A DNA stretch of 64,000 nucleotides from Nanobdellota archaeon (GCA_038045705.1 JBBSXO010000001.1:96001-160000), one strand, 5' to 3'. Positions 37,844-48,817 are shown, numbered from the stretch's first letter. Numbers and translations: made by a program. The notes: generated from the sequence alone by a model not told the origin.

Positions 37844-39442
37844 GTGGAAGAGGTATCTGAAAAGGAAAAAAGGATAAGAGCAATAACAAGATTATACTAT
37901 TCAAACCCCAAAGTCCAGGAGGCTTTACTTTCTTTCGCAAAAGACAGAGAAGTTGTTCCCCGGTATTTTGAATCCTTTGGGAAAAGACCAGATACATTAC
38001 AATATAATTCAGACATAATGGGTCTAGTCAATAAAGGGGCTACCTCATTTCATGCTTCAGAAGAGATATGGAATGATCCTCTAGCAATAAACTCTGACAT
38101 GAATCAAAAAGAGTTAACTGAATGTAGAAAATCATGGGATTTACTAATAGATATTGACTCTCCTTTTCTAGATTATTCAAAAATAGCAGCAGTATTGCTT
38201 GCAGATGAATTAGAAAGATATGGAATATCCAGTTATAAAATAAAATTCAGTGGCAGTAAAGGATTCCATTTAATTGTTCCAGGAAACAGTTTTCCAGAGA
38301 CGTTAGATAATATTGAAACAAAAAAGATGTTTCCAGATTGGCCAAGAGCAATTGTCCAATATTTAATGGTAAGAATAAAACAGAATTATAATTCAAAAAT
38401 AAAAGAATTAGGGATAAATTTTGATGCTGTAAAAGAAAGAATGAATTTATCAGAAACAGATTTAGTTTCTGTTCAGTGTCCTAACTGTAACAAGCCAGTA
38501 AATAAAACTAATTTTATAGAGTTTGCTTGTGAGAAGTGTGGTAACCCTTATAGCAGGCCAGACTATAAAATAACAAAGAAAAAAATAAGGTGTATGAATG
38601 AAAGCTGTTCTGGTTTTTTAGAAGTTAGAAAAATAATAGAAGATTATCTTTTCTGCAATAATTGTAAAACAAAGCTTAATTTAAATCAGGATAGTTTCCA
38701 ATTAAATACAAGAAATAAAATACAGGAATCAAGAGAATCAAAAAACAGTTTAATTGTAAATGAATTTAAAGAAGAATTAGCTGGAGAAAAGATAGCTTCT
38801 TTAGACTTAGTTTTAGTAGCCTCAAGGCATTTATTTAGAATGCCTTATTCATTACATGAAAAAACTGCTTTAGCAAGTGTAGTTCTTGACAAATCTGAAA
38901 TTATGCAGTTTACTCCAAAAGACGCAAGCCCTATGAAAGTTACAATAAAACCATTCTACAAAATAAATGATAAAAAAGAAGCAACTGAATTGCTAAAAGA
39001 TGCTTTAAAATGGTCTGAACAGAATGAAATTTCTTCCCAATCTAATAAAAAGAGAATATCTGAAGAATATGTAGCAGACTATACTGGAGTTACGGAAGAA
39101 ATGTTTCCTCAATCAATAAAACAATTGTTAAAAGGGTTACAGGAAGGAAGAAAAAGAGGTCTATTTGTTCTTTTAACTTTTCTTAGATGTTTGAATTATC
39201 CTGATGATTATGTATCTCAAAAGATTAATGATTGGAATAAGAAAAACGACCCTCCTCTAAAAGAGGGCTATGTCAAATCCCAGTTAGACTGGCATTTTAA
39301 ACAAAAAAAGAAAATCCTTCCACCTAATTATAGTAATGACAGTTTTTACAAAGATTTAAAGTTAATAGATAAAAAGCCATTAGAAAAAAACCCGTTAGTT
39401 GAAGTTTCAAGAAAATTAAGAAAATCTATTTCAAATCAATAG
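37844..39442 (+). CDS. DNA primase, DPANN-type PriS-PriL fusion with Zn-ribbon insert
   Basis: WDLLIDID, FSGSKGFH, HLFRMPYSLH; C-terminal GRKRGLFVLLTFL...NDPPL...KNPL. Confidence 0.9.
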   Translation: MEEVSEKEKRIRAITRLYYSNPKVQEALLSFAKDREVVPRYFESFGKRPDTLQYNSDIMGLVNKGATSFHASEEIWNDPLAINSDMNQKELTECRKSWDLLIDIDSPFLDYSKIAAVLLADELERYGISSYKIKFSGSKGFHLIVPGNSFPETLDNIETKKMFPDWPRAIVQYLMVRIKQNYNSKIKELGINFDAVKERMNLSETDLVSVQCPNCNKPVNKTNFIEFACEKCGNPYSRPDYKITKKKIRCMNESCSGFLEVRKIIEDYLFCNNCKTKLNLNQDSFQLNTRNKIQESRESKNSLIVNEFKEELAGEKIASLDLVLVASRHLFRMPYSLHEKTALASVVLDKSEIMQFTPKDASPMKVTIKPFYKINDKKEATELLKDALKWSEQNEISSQSNKKRISEEYVADYTGVTEEMFPQSIKQLLKGLQEGRKRGLFVLLTFLRCLNYPDDYVSQKINDWNKKNDPPLKEGYVKSQLDWHFKQKKKILPPNYSNDSFYKDLKLIDKKPLEKNPLVEVSRKLRKSISNQ

Positions 39443-42400
39443 TAATGAATTGTCTCTCAACTTCCTGACTAGCTTTTCTTATTGCAAGTTGATTTCTTAT
39501 TATCTTAATCACAATAAACATTCCAAAAGCAAGTAGAACAACAATTCCAAACCATGCAATTGTTCTCAAATTATTATCAGATATTGCAAAGCCAGATATT
39601 CCTCCAGTAGTCAATCTAACTGTTTGTTGTTTTTGATTAATATCAAGACCATCAGAAGCTTCCATTATTAATATATAATCCCCTATTGAATTTTTAGGCA
39701 ACTCAAATTCACTTTCAATCTCTTTTCTTTCATCTGCAAGTAAACTTACAGAGCTAAATGGACCTTCAGACGCTATTTCATTATTAGAGTCAATAAATTT
39801 GTAATTGATATTCAATTCTTTATTTTCAAGAGCAAAGTTTTCGATTGAATAACTAACTTTCAGTTTAGTGCCTATTCTTTCAGATTCAAGTATGTTTAAT
39901 TCAAACTCTCCTCCAATAACTTCTATCTGATAGGTGAAACTTGAATTAATTTCTTGGCAGTTTACTCCAAGTGTAACAAAATAGTCTCCTATTTCCGCAT
40001 CTATCGGAATATTAACTGAAAATATATAGTCTACTGTTTCTCCAGGACTTAAAGAGTAAACATCTTGTCCAGAAACCCAATCAGATACTCCAGCATTAGC
40101 CGTAAACAGGCAACTGTTCAAAAACCTTAATCCATTATTTTTTACAGGCAACTCTATAGATTCAGATTCTCCTCTTCTTATTCTTAAAGAATCTATTTCT
40201 TGAGGTTCAGCACTAAATGATTGTCTTAAGCTTACGCTACCACCACCTTCTCCAGAGCTTCCACCACTCCCTCCTGAAGAGCCTCCTCCGCCTCCAGAAG
40301 ATGAAGGAACTTCTATTGTAAAGCTTTTACGAGTTGTATTAGTGTTTCCAGCAGAATCATTTACACTCACCCACAAGAAGTAACTTGACTCAGTGTCTAA
40401 AGTAAACGTAGTTGTAGCACAGTCTACTAATTCGGGGTTTGGGTTTCCTATAACCACATTTCCTGTCGCTGCAAATGTTACATTATAGAAGCACTGAACA
40501 GGGCTAGCATCAGTATAAGTTAAACTTATAGGGATATTAGTTAGACTGGCATAAATTCCATTAGGCTCAATTACTGTAACATTAGGTTTAGTTTTATCGA
40601 TGTAAAATGTTTGGTTCCCAGTAATTGAATTATGTCCTAAAGTATCATTACATTGGACTGCCCATGAATATGATCCTTCATTTGCATTACTCATATTCAA
40701 AGAGAAAGAATTATCCTGTCCTGAAATAACAGTATAGTTAGTTTGATTCAATTGATACAATCCCGTAGAATTTGTCCATAAACTACAAGTCTGCAAATCT
40801 AAATCAGACGGGGTATAAACAAAATCAATTTTTTGAGAAGCTGAAAATCCAAAATAACTATCTATTGGACTTGTAGGGTTTATTGATGGAGCATTAACAC
40901 TTACTGTAAATATATTTGAATCAAATCCAACATTTCCAGTACTATCATTGGCATAGACAAAAATCTCATATAATCCATCACTATTTACATTAAATGTTGT
41001 ATTCTGACAGCCTGGAATTGTGAAATTAGAAAATCCTTCAGTCAATGTGTACCAACAACTTTGTAATGCTGGGTCTACAGCACTGAAATTTAAATTTAAA
41101 CCACTAAGACTTCCAATAACTGAACCTGCAATAGGAGAGAAAATATTAATTGATGGAGCTTGAGTGTTTATTACAAAAGTATTTGTTGAACTTCCAAGGT
41201 TTCCAAATGTATCATTAGCATAAATTTTGACAAAATTAGTTCCTTGATTTCCTACAAAAGAGAAGTTTGTTCCGCAAGTAATTGTGTTATTAACTGCTCC
41301 AGAAGAATTTGTCCACCAACATCTACTAATTCCAACTCCCGAATCAAAAACAGTATAATTTACAAAAACTGTGGTATTTGTAAGTAATGAATTATTAACA
41401 GGTAAAACAATATCTATAGTAGGTCCGACACTATCAACAAAGAAAGATACAGAGCTTGAACTTTCAGATCCAGTGCTATCATTAGCATAAACTCTCCATA
41501 AGTTATTTCCCTGTCCACTTGACAGCTCAGTAACATTTTCTCCACAAACAATCGTCTCATTTATAACTCCAGAATCAATAGAATACCAACAACTATCTAG
41601 ATCAACATCAAATACTGTATAATTAATAGATGTCTGCAAAGAGCTATAATTCGAATTGTTTCTTGGATGAGTTATATTTAATATAGGATGAGAATTAGTA
41701 GTCAAATAGCCTATACTCACATTATACAATTTAGGAGTATAATCAACATCTTCAGTACTAAAATCAAACTTATATTGAAAATATCTATTACTGTTCAAGT
41801 TAAGACTTTGTGAAGAGGTTCCATTTATTCTAGAATAACTTTCACCAGAACAAGAAGCATCATCACAACTTCTTACACTTAAGTTTAATTTAGATATTCC
41901 GCGTAGATATCTGTCTTGAATTTCTTGTGCACTCAAAGACCTGTTATATACTGCAACTTCATCAATTAAACCATCAAAGGGGAATCCATTAGGATTTGTT
42001 CCACTCCAACCAGAGCCCACAACAAAGTCAAGGTTATTTGTAGAAACAGTTCCAGTTCTTGCAGTAGGAGTATGATCAAGAGCTCCATCAACGTAAAGTC
42101 TAACTTGAGAGCCATTATATGTTGCTACAAGATGATACCATTCATTTACATTCATATCAGTATTTGCAGAATAAGTAGTAGCAGTTCCTGAACTAGTGTC
42201 AAGTATAAATGTCAAAACATTAGTTGCACCAGAAGACACAAAAAAAGAGATCAATGAAGGTCCTTTGTCTATTATTGTCGGATCAGACGGGAAACTTTCA
42301 GGTCTTATCCATGCTTCAAGAGTTAACTGACTTCCAAAATTACTCAAATGAGAAGGATTTGAAAAGTTGATAAATTCTCCATTAGATCCAGTTCCAGTCT

Positions 42401-42863
42401 CAAAGTCCAAACTTGTATTAAACTTTCCTTGAGCACCATACTCTGGGCCTTCAAACAAAGTAGCTCTCCCAGTATTATTATATTCAGAGTAATCGGTTAT
42501 ATTTCCACTTAATTCATTCATATGCAAAAGCAAAACATTTCCAGCCATATTAAGAGGACTTACAAAATTTCCAGACTCTAAAATTCCATTATTAGAAAGC
42601 TCACATCCATAACATAGTTCGGTTGTCCATGAAATATTATTCCAAGTCGAGTTTATTCCAACATCAAATATTCTACTAGAAAAATTACCAGATGTCTGAG
42701 AAGCATTTAGTTGAACAAACCCGCTGAAATTGTAAAATGTTCTATAAAATGTTCCATTTGTAATATCTCCAAAATCACTGTCATCAAGCAAAGAAGCATT
42801 TACAAAAGTTATAAATACAAAAAGCAATATACTTACAAATAATATATTCCTCTTTCTTAACAT
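39426..42863 (-). CDS. Large surface protein: LamG/ConA-like domain, Ig-like repeats, C-terminal TM
   Basis: LTLEAWI, WYHLVATYNG, FDGLIDEVAVYNRSLS; repeated YANDS.GN; GGISGFAI before the TM. Confidence 0.88.
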   Translation of the reverse strand: MLRKRNILFVSILLFVFITFVNASLLDDSDFGDITNGTFYRTFYNFSGFVQLNASQTSGNFSSRIFDVGINSTWNNISWTTELCYGCELSNNGILESGNFVSPLNMAGNVLLLHMNELSGNITDYSEYNNTGRATLFEGPEYGAQGKFNTSLDFETGTGSNGEFINFSNPSHLSNFGSQLTLEAWIRPESFPSDPTIIDKGPSLISFFVSSGATNVLTFILDTSSGTATTYSANTDMNVNEWYHLVATYNGSQVRLYVDGALDHTPTARTGTVSTNNLDFVVGSGWSGTNPNGFPFDGLIDEVAVYNRSLSAQEIQDRYLRGISKLNLSVRSCDDASCSGESYSRINGTSSQSLNLNSNRYFQYKFDFSTEDVDYTPKLYNVSIGYLTTNSHPILNITHPRNNSNYSSLQTSINYTVFDVDLDSCWYSIDSGVINETIVCGENVTELSSGQGNNLWRVYANDSTGSESSSSVSFFVDSVGPTIDIVLPVNNSLLTNTTVFVNYTVFDSGVGISRCWWTNSSGAVNNTITCGTNFSFVGNQGTNFVKIYANDTFGNLGSSTNTFVINTQAPSINIFSPIAGSVIGSLSGLNLNFSAVDPALQSCWYTLTEGFSNFTIPGCQNTTFNVNSDGLYEIFVYANDSTGNVGFDSNIFTVSVNAPSINPTSPIDSYFGFSASQKIDFVYTPSDLDLQTCSLWTNSTGLYQLNQTNYTVISGQDNSFSLNMSNANEGSYSWAVQCNDTLGHNSITGNQTFYIDKTKPNVTVIEPNGIYASLTNIPISLTYTDASPVQCFYNVTFAATGNVVIGNPNPELVDCATTTFTLDTESSYFLWVSVNDSAGNTNTTRKSFTIEVPSSSGGGGGSSGGSGGSSGEGGGSVSLRQSFSAEPQEIDSLRIRRGESESIELPVKNNGLRFLNSCLFTANAGVSDWVSGQDVYSLSPGETVDYIFSVNIPIDAEIGDYFVTLGVNCQEINSSFTYQIEVIGGEFELNILESERIGTKLKVSYSIENFALENKELNINYKFIDSNNEIASEGPFSSVSLLADERKEIESEFELPKNSIGDYILIMEASDGLDINQKQQTVRLTTGGISGFAISDNNLRTIAWFGIVVLLAFGMFIVIKIIRNQLAIRKASQEVERQFITIDLK

Positions 42864-42953
42864 GAAAGCCTAAGAACCTCTTTAATTTTAAACATTACCC
42901 TTCTAACAGTTTCTTTTAAGAATCTTTATAAACACTTTCTCCTCCAGTAGTCT

Positions 42954-44822
42954 ATGCAAAAAAAGAGTGTTGTAATTATTTTATTAACTATATTTTTCCT
43001 GTCATTTGCTCTTGCTCAGAACGCGTCAAACAATGCCTCAAGCGGAACATCTTCAGGTTCAACATCAAATTCAGGAAATACAAATATAATTTCTAAAGCA
43101 TACCAATGTTTACAAAGTCAAGTAGATGCTAAGTCTCAAAATTCAATATCTTTACAGGAAGCTATTTTTGGAGTTTTAGCTTTAGGCTCTAATTCTAAAC
43201 TTGTTTCAGTAATTGAAAGCAAAATAGTAACTGGAGACCATTGGCAAGAATCATCAAATCCGTTAAAAGATACTTCTCAGGCAATGTTAGCTTATAATAG
43301 AATAGGAAGAAATACAGATGCAATAAAATCATGGATATTATCAAAGAGACAAGTAGCAACAGATTTAACATGGTATCTTGAAATTGACATAGATAATCAT
43401 GAATCTGCTCAATGCACTTTATCTTATAGTAACGAACAACAAAGAACAATAAATATTAATGAAGATATGACTCTCTCTGGAAGTCCAGGGTCTTGTCTCT
43501 CAATAGCCACAGGAGGTTTCTGGCTCAGAGTAAGTAATACATGCATAGATTACAATTATACAATTTCATGTGACAAAGACTTTACAACATCAACATTATA
43601 TCAAAGAACGGGCTCATCAACTATCTTCGTCTCTCCTGTTGCTCATTCAACATCAGCATTAGGAACAACAACTGAAAAAATAAACTCAAAGTGTTTATCT
43701 TCTTCCTCAGTATCTTGTGATTATGAAGGCACTTTATGGGCTGCTCTAGTTCTAGACAAAACTGGAAATTCAATAAATGAGTATTTGCCTTATTTATCTG
43801 CATTATCTGAATCTAACAAAAGATTTCTTTCTAGTAGTTTCTTACATATTTTAACAGACGGTCAAGATCAATATTCTGAATTAGTTCAGGAACAACAGGA
43901 AGGAAAATTCTGGCAAGCTCCGAACACACCTTACAATAGATATTATGATTCTGCTTTAGCAATTCTATCATTACAAGGAACAAACTCAATAGAAGAATCT
44001 AATTCTAAAACTTATTTTGAAAGCATAACAACTCCGGAAGGTTGTTGGAATAATAACAATATAAGAGATACAGGATTCTTGCTTTATGCTGGATGGCCAA
44101 GAACTATTTCAGGCTCTGGCAGTTCTGGAGGATCAGGTTCAGCACAAACTTGCGAATCAGCAGGCTTTTCTTGTACTTCGGTATTCACATGTAGTGATTT
44201 AGAAGGAGATGTTTTAGAAAACTATCAATGCCCTGGAACAAGAGTTTGTTGTTCTGAATCTCAAACAGTACAATCATGCTCCGAACAATCTGGATTTATT
44301 TGTTCATCAGCCGAATCTTGTTCTGGAACAACAGTCCAGTCTTCAGATGGTTCTTGTTGTCTAGGTTCTTGTTCACCTATCTCTCAATCAGATGCCTGTG
44401 TTTCTTCAGGTGGTGGATGTTATCCATCTTGTAATGAGAACGAAGAGCAAGTTTCAGCAACATGTTCAGATTCAGGAAACGTTTGTTGTAAGACGGTAAG
44501 TTCAGGATCAGATAGTAATATAGGTGTCTGGATAACAATTTTAGTAATCTTAATCATTTTAATTATAGCTGGAATATTAATGAGAAACAAGCTAAAAATG
44601 ATGTTATTTAAGTCAAGAAATAAATCTCCTCCATCACCTACAGGAAGAGGAATCCCCCCTGGAACAAAACCACCATTTCCCCCATTCAGAGGATCAGTTC
44701 CTTATCCAAGGGCACAGCCAAGAATAATTCCTTCAACATCTCCTCCAGTAAGAAGACCCCCAGTGAACAAAGATAAAGAAATGGAAGAAACAATGGCAAA
44801 ACTCAAAGAAATGAGTAAGTAA
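42954..44822 (+). CDS. Single-pass surface protein: alpha/alpha-toroid-like domain, Cys-rich modules, Pro-rich cytoplasmic tail
   Basis: DTSQAMLA, YDSALAILSL, GCW...RDTGFLL; three 6-Cys modules; TM; PPPFP tail. Confidence 0.7.
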   Translation: MQKKSVVIILLTIFFLSFALAQNASNNASSGTSSGSTSNSGNTNIISKAYQCLQSQVDAKSQNSISLQEAIFGVLALGSNSKLVSVIESKIVTGDHWQESSNPLKDTSQAMLAYNRIGRNTDAIKSWILSKRQVATDLTWYLEIDIDNHESAQCTLSYSNEQQRTININEDMTLSGSPGSCLSIATGGFWLRVSNTCIDYNYTISCDKDFTTSTLYQRTGSSTIFVSPVAHSTSALGTTTEKINSKCLSSSSVSCDYEGTLWAALVLDKTGNSINEYLPYLSALSESNKRFLSSSFLHILTDGQDQYSELVQEQQEGKFWQAPNTPYNRYYDSALAILSLQGTNSIEESNSKTYFESITTPEGCWNNNNIRDTGFLLYAGWPRTISGSGSSGGSGSAQTCESAGFSCTSVFTCSDLEGDVLENYQCPGTRVCCSESQTVQSCSEQSGFICSSAESCSGTTVQSSDGSCCLGSCSPISQSDACVSSGGGCYPSCNENEEQVSATCSDSGNVCCKTVSSGSDSNIGVWITILVILIILIIAGILMRNKLKMMLFKSRNKSPPSPTGRGIPPGTKPPFPPFRGSVPYPRAQPRIIPSTSPPVRRPPVNKDKEMEETMAKLKEMSK

Positions 44823-44823
44823 C

Positions 44824-46011
44824 ATGAAAAAATTATTTTTGATTTTTATTATAGCTTTAATTCCTTTTGCTTCATCTATTAGTACAACAATGCTTCAATC
44901 TTATCAACCAGGAGAAACAATGATTATAGAAATTCAAGGAAATATTCTCCAACCAATTGAAAGAAACGATATAGTCTTCAAAAGAGCCCATGTTTCAATA
45001 GCAGTTGATTACGATGTAAAAAGAATTTTAGATAAGTATTATCTTTATGCTCAAGTTCCAACAAATCTAAATAATTATACTTTGTTCATAAATGATATTT
45101 CAACAACAGTTAATGGTCAAAATCAAGCAGTAAACTTTAATCAAACATTTCAAGTTTCAGGCAATTTAACAGATTATTCAGTAAATCCCGGTTTTGTTGT
45201 AACAAATCAAGACTTTTTTTTAGTAGTAAGATCTAATCTAGATCAGCAAACAACAATAAATGTTAATTTTCCTGAAGAAAGAGCAATAGCAATAAATCCT
45301 GGTATCAATAATATTCAGTTTCCTATAATATCAAAATCTTCAGGAGTTTATTTAATAACAATTGGTAAATATACAGTTCCAACTCAAATTCTAAATTCTC
45401 AATTATCAAATGAATCTCAAGAAACTTCAATAAGTGTTTATCCAAAGATATTTAGGGAAACTTTAAAATTAAATACTCAAAAAACTTACAGAATATTATT
45501 AACAAACAATGGTCAAGAAAGAGTAGATAATATATATTTTAATTATAATCAAGAAATATTCTCATTAGATAAGGAAACAATATTCTTGGAGTCTAATGCC
45601 TCAGCAAACATATCAGTAAGCCTAAAAAAACTAAACAATCCAATATTAGAAAAAATATTCGTAGCAATAGGTAGTGAAATAATTGAGAACATTACTTTTG
45701 AGATATCTTTTACTGAAAACGAAAGTCAAGTTACAAATAGTTCAAATCCAGAATACTATTGTTCTGAACTAGGTGGAAAATTTTGTTCAGCCCTAGAAAT
45801 GTGTTCTGGTCAACTAAACCAAGCTTTAGATGGTTCATGTTGTGTAGGTGAATGTAAATTACAAGAAGAATCATCCCGTAATTGGATATTATATGGTCTA
45901 ATAATAATAGTCTTAATTATATTAATAATAATTTATTTCAAATATAAAAAAACAAGTCTGCCAAGGCCTAAAAATTTAGCAATTAACTCAGTTTTAAAAA
46001 AACCTATTTAG
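44824..46011 (+). CDS. Single-pass surface protein with Ig-like and Cys module
   Basis: Signal; YQPGETM; CSELGGKFC...CCVGEC; C-terminal TM followed by basic tail. Confidence 0.7.
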   Translation: MKKLFLIFIIALIPFASSISTTMLQSYQPGETMIIEIQGNILQPIERNDIVFKRAHVSIAVDYDVKRILDKYYLYAQVPTNLNNYTLFINDISTTVNGQNQAVNFNQTFQVSGNLTDYSVNPGFVVTNQDFFLVVRSNLDQQTTINVNFPEERAIAINPGINNIQFPIISKSSGVYLITIGKYTVPTQILNSQLSNESQETSISVYPKIFRETLKLNTQKTYRILLTNNGQERVDNIYFNYNQEIFSLDKETIFLESNASANISVSLKKLNNPILEKIFVAIGSEIIENITFEISFTENESQVTNSSNPEYYCSELGGKFCSALEMCSGQLNQALDGSCCVGECKLQEESSRNWILYGLIIIVLIILIIIYFKYKKTSLPRPKNLAINSVLKKPI

Positions 46012-46528
46012 ATTTTTTCTTCTTATCTTTCTTTGGCTTCTCTTTATTAGATTCTTGATTTGAAACAGGTTGACTAGGTTGTTCAGGAGTGGCAAAGACT
46101 ACTTTAGGATCTCCACCCTTACGTATATATTCAAGCTTACTTATTAGTATTTCCCTTTCACCCATCATTCTTTTTGCCAAAGCATCATAATTATGCAATC
46201 TAGACACAACAAAATTTGCAAATTCGTTTGTTTCAAAAGCATTCATTTTAAACATATCTGGCTCATAAATTTCTACATGAGCAGGTAAGTAAGTCATGAC
46301 GATGTTTAAAAATAAAGGCAGGCTTTCAAAACTTAAGTCAATATCTGCAAAAGCAGTCCACAAATTATCAGTTTTCTCTACTTTTTTAGCCTTATTTATC
46401 TCTTTATGAAGCAAAGACACTCCCTTTTCAGTTCCTAGTTTTTCTATTAAATCAGAAAGAGATTTCTCAAGGTGTTCAACAGGTCTTCCAAGAATTTCAA
46501 TAATGAACTTAGCCTTTAAAGTAGCCAT
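46004..46528 (-). CDS. Conserved hypothetical protein
   Basis: IIEILGRP.EH, YLPAHVEI, Lys-rich tail. Confidence 0.7.
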   Translation of the reverse strand: MATLKAKFIIEILGRPVEHLEKSLSDLIEKLGTEKGVSLLHKEINKAKKVEKTDNLWTAFADIDLSFESLPLFLNIVMTYLPAHVEIYEPDMFKMNAFETNEFANFVVSRLHNYDALAKRMMGEREILISKLEYIRKGGDPKVVFATPEQPSQPVSNQESNKEKPKKDKKKKSK

Positions 46529-46601
46529 ATATAACAAAAAAGAAGAGTCATTTTAAATCTTCCGACACAATTTATTTAAGCACACATATTCTAACTAAGA
46601 T

Positions 46602-47687
46602 ATGGAATCAAAAGCCTTTTTATTCACATCAATTCCAATTTTAGCAGTAATCTTGGTTTTTAGTTATCTTAACATTCAACAAGAATCATCACTAGCTCCA
46701 ACAGAAAAAAGCGATGAACAATGTAAAAAAATAGAGTATAATGGACAAGATAGAATTGATCTGTTGTTTATTTCTTCTGAAGAAGATGCAAGATACTATA
46801 CAGAATATTTGTTTACAGTAGAACCTTACAAAACATATAGGAGTTATTTTAACATAAATGTCTTAGAAGAAGAAGCACAATGCGATTATTACAAAGATAT
46901 AGCTTTATTATGTTATACGGATCAAGTTCTTGACTTGGCAAAACAATGTGAACATGATTATGTTATAATCTTAAAGGAAGATTCTCCTCAAATAAGAAGT
47001 TCAGCATATGGCAAAATAATAAGCCTAAATAAGGGAGATCATGAAAACTCTGTGCTGATACATGAGCTTGGTCATGCATTGGGAAACTTAGCAGAAGAAT
47101 ATAATGGGGCAAAAATACCTCAAGGTTCAAAGAATTGTCAAAAAATTTGTACTGGATTTAAAGGACCAGTAGATGCCTGTACTCAAGAGTGTTCAGATGG
47201 AGAACATTTTAGGTCAATACCAATGGGAGTCATGAGATCATTAATCACTGATAACTATGGTGTCTATAATATAGCTCTTTTAACAGAATTATTTGAAAAA
47301 AATAAACCAAAAGATACAACAATAACTGGAAATCAAATATCTGAAAGAACAATTTGCAATAAAAAAGTTCAGTCGATAGAAGTTTATCAATCTTCTCAAA
47401 GAATTGATGTAAAAACAAATAATATACTTGAAGATGCATGTATTCCAGATAAAGGTTTATCTGGCTCTCTTTGTGTAGGAAATATATGTAACATCAACTT
47501 ATTATTTACAGACTCACAAGGCGTTAACGATGAAACTTTATCAGGAGAAACTTTTACACCAGAGAGACCTTTAAGGTTCTATATAGAACAAAACACTCGA
47601 AGTCCATTAGTAGAAATAACCTTTGACAATCAAGTGATAGAAACAATAAACACAGCAGAAGCAGGGGTTACGGCATGCCAGTTATAA
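46602..47687 (+). CDS. Membrane-anchored zinc metallopeptidase, M64-like
   Basis: HELGHALGNLAEEY; GVMRSL. Confidence 0.8.
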   Translation: MESKAFLFTSIPILAVILVFSYLNIQQESSLAPTEKSDEQCKKIEYNGQDRIDLLFISSEEDARYYTEYLFTVEPYKTYRSYFNINVLEEEAQCDYYKDIALLCYTDQVLDLAKQCEHDYVIILKEDSPQIRSSAYGKIISLNKGDHENSVLIHELGHALGNLAEEYNGAKIPQGSKNCQKICTGFKGPVDACTQECSDGEHFRSIPMGVMRSLITDNYGVYNIALLTELFEKNKPKDTTITGNQISERTICNKKVQSIEVYQSSQRIDVKTNNILEDACIPDKGLSGSLCVGNICNINLLFTDSQGVNDETLSGETFTPERPLRFYIEQNTRSPLVEITFDNQVIETINTAEAGVTACQL

Positions 47688-48106
47688 ATAAAAGAGGGTT
47701 TTCCTCAATCATTCAAGTAACAATACTCTCTGCTCTTAGTGTAGTATCACTTTTTTTAATCTGGGCTTATTTAGCTGATTTATCTAGTGATTTGGAAAAC
47801 AAATTGTCTCCAACGGTAGAATGTATCTCTCAAAAATCAAAAGTACTAAATGCTTGTGTAAATCAAGATGGTAAAATAGAAGTAAATTTAGATATAGGTT
47901 TAGATGAAGAAATAAATTATATTGATTTGAATTTTGAAGGACAATCATTTTCTTGCGGACAATCATGTGGTTCTTGCACACTTCTAGATCAAGAAGGCAA
48001 GAAAAAGATTTATTTACAAGCAAGAGGTCGGGTAGAAGACCAAAGCCAGTTAGCAGTAGCAATTAATAGATGTATTCCAGAAATATTCACTGTAAATTTA
48101 TGTTAA
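47675..48106 (+). CDS. Pilin-like protein
   Basis: KRG/FSSIIQVTILSALSVV; Cys pairs. Confidence 0.7.
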   Translation: MPVINKRGFSSIIQVTILSALSVVSLFLIWAYLADLSSDLENKLSPTVECISQKSKVLNACVNQDGKIEVNLDIGLDEEINYIDLNFEGQSFSCGQSCGSCTLLDQEGKKKIYLQARGRVEDQSQLAVAINRCIPEIFTVNLC

Positions 48107-48817
48107 TTATAATTTCTTAAAAGCAATTAATACAACTAATAAAACACAAAAACCAATAAAAAAATAGATTACATTGATTCTTGTTTTATATGTTTTAGTA
48201 ATTTCAGATTTTAGCTCATTATTCTCATTAAGTGATATTTTACTTTTTTTATCTGGAATATCTTCAGACAATTTTTTAGTCAGATTAACAACATCAATTA
48301 CTTTGTTATCTAAAGATTCATTAGTTTCTTCTTGTTCATCTTCAGAATTTGAATTTTGTTGATTTTGACTATTATTAGTAGTCGTCTGCGTATTTCCAGA
48401 GTCGCAATAATTTTCTTCATTCTTTGTAGAACTAGTAAACTTCCATTCGCCATCACATAAGCCGTAAGTTTTTTCTACTTTATTATCATTAAATGAACCA
48501 ACAGAATCAATAACTTCTTCGTTAAATTTTAAGTAAACTGTTTCATTTAAGTTTCTTAACCATTGTGTTTGTAAGTTTATTATAAAAAACCCTTGAAAGC
48601 TACCGCTTAAATTTAACGGAGCTCCCCTTCCTTCATGATCTAGAATATATCCATCGATTGAAACAGCATCTAAAGAATAAAGTTCAACCCATTCAAAACC
48701 AGAATCATCACCTTCAGGGTTAGCCTCAATTTCATTTAAGCGTAATGCAATGACATTATCAGTAAGCGTAATAATAAACAAGAAGACCATCAGAATCACG
48801 AATAAATATTTCATCAT
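48107..48817 (-). CDS. Lamin-tail-domain surface protein
   Basis: Signal MMKYLF (start uncertain); LNEIEANPEGDDSGFEWVELY; C-terminal TM. Confidence 0.8.
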   Translation of the reverse strand: MMKYLFVILMVFLFIITLTDNVIALRLNEIEANPEGDDSGFEWVELYSLDAVSIDGYILDHEGRGAPLNLSGSFQGFFIINLQTQWLRNLNETVYLKFNEEVIDSVGSFNDNKVEKTYGLCDGEWKFTSSTKNEENYCDSGNTQTTTNNSQNQQNSNSEDEQEETNESLDNKVIDVVNLTKKLSEDIPDKKSKISLNENNELKSEITKTYKTRINVIYFFIGFCVLLVVLIAFKKL

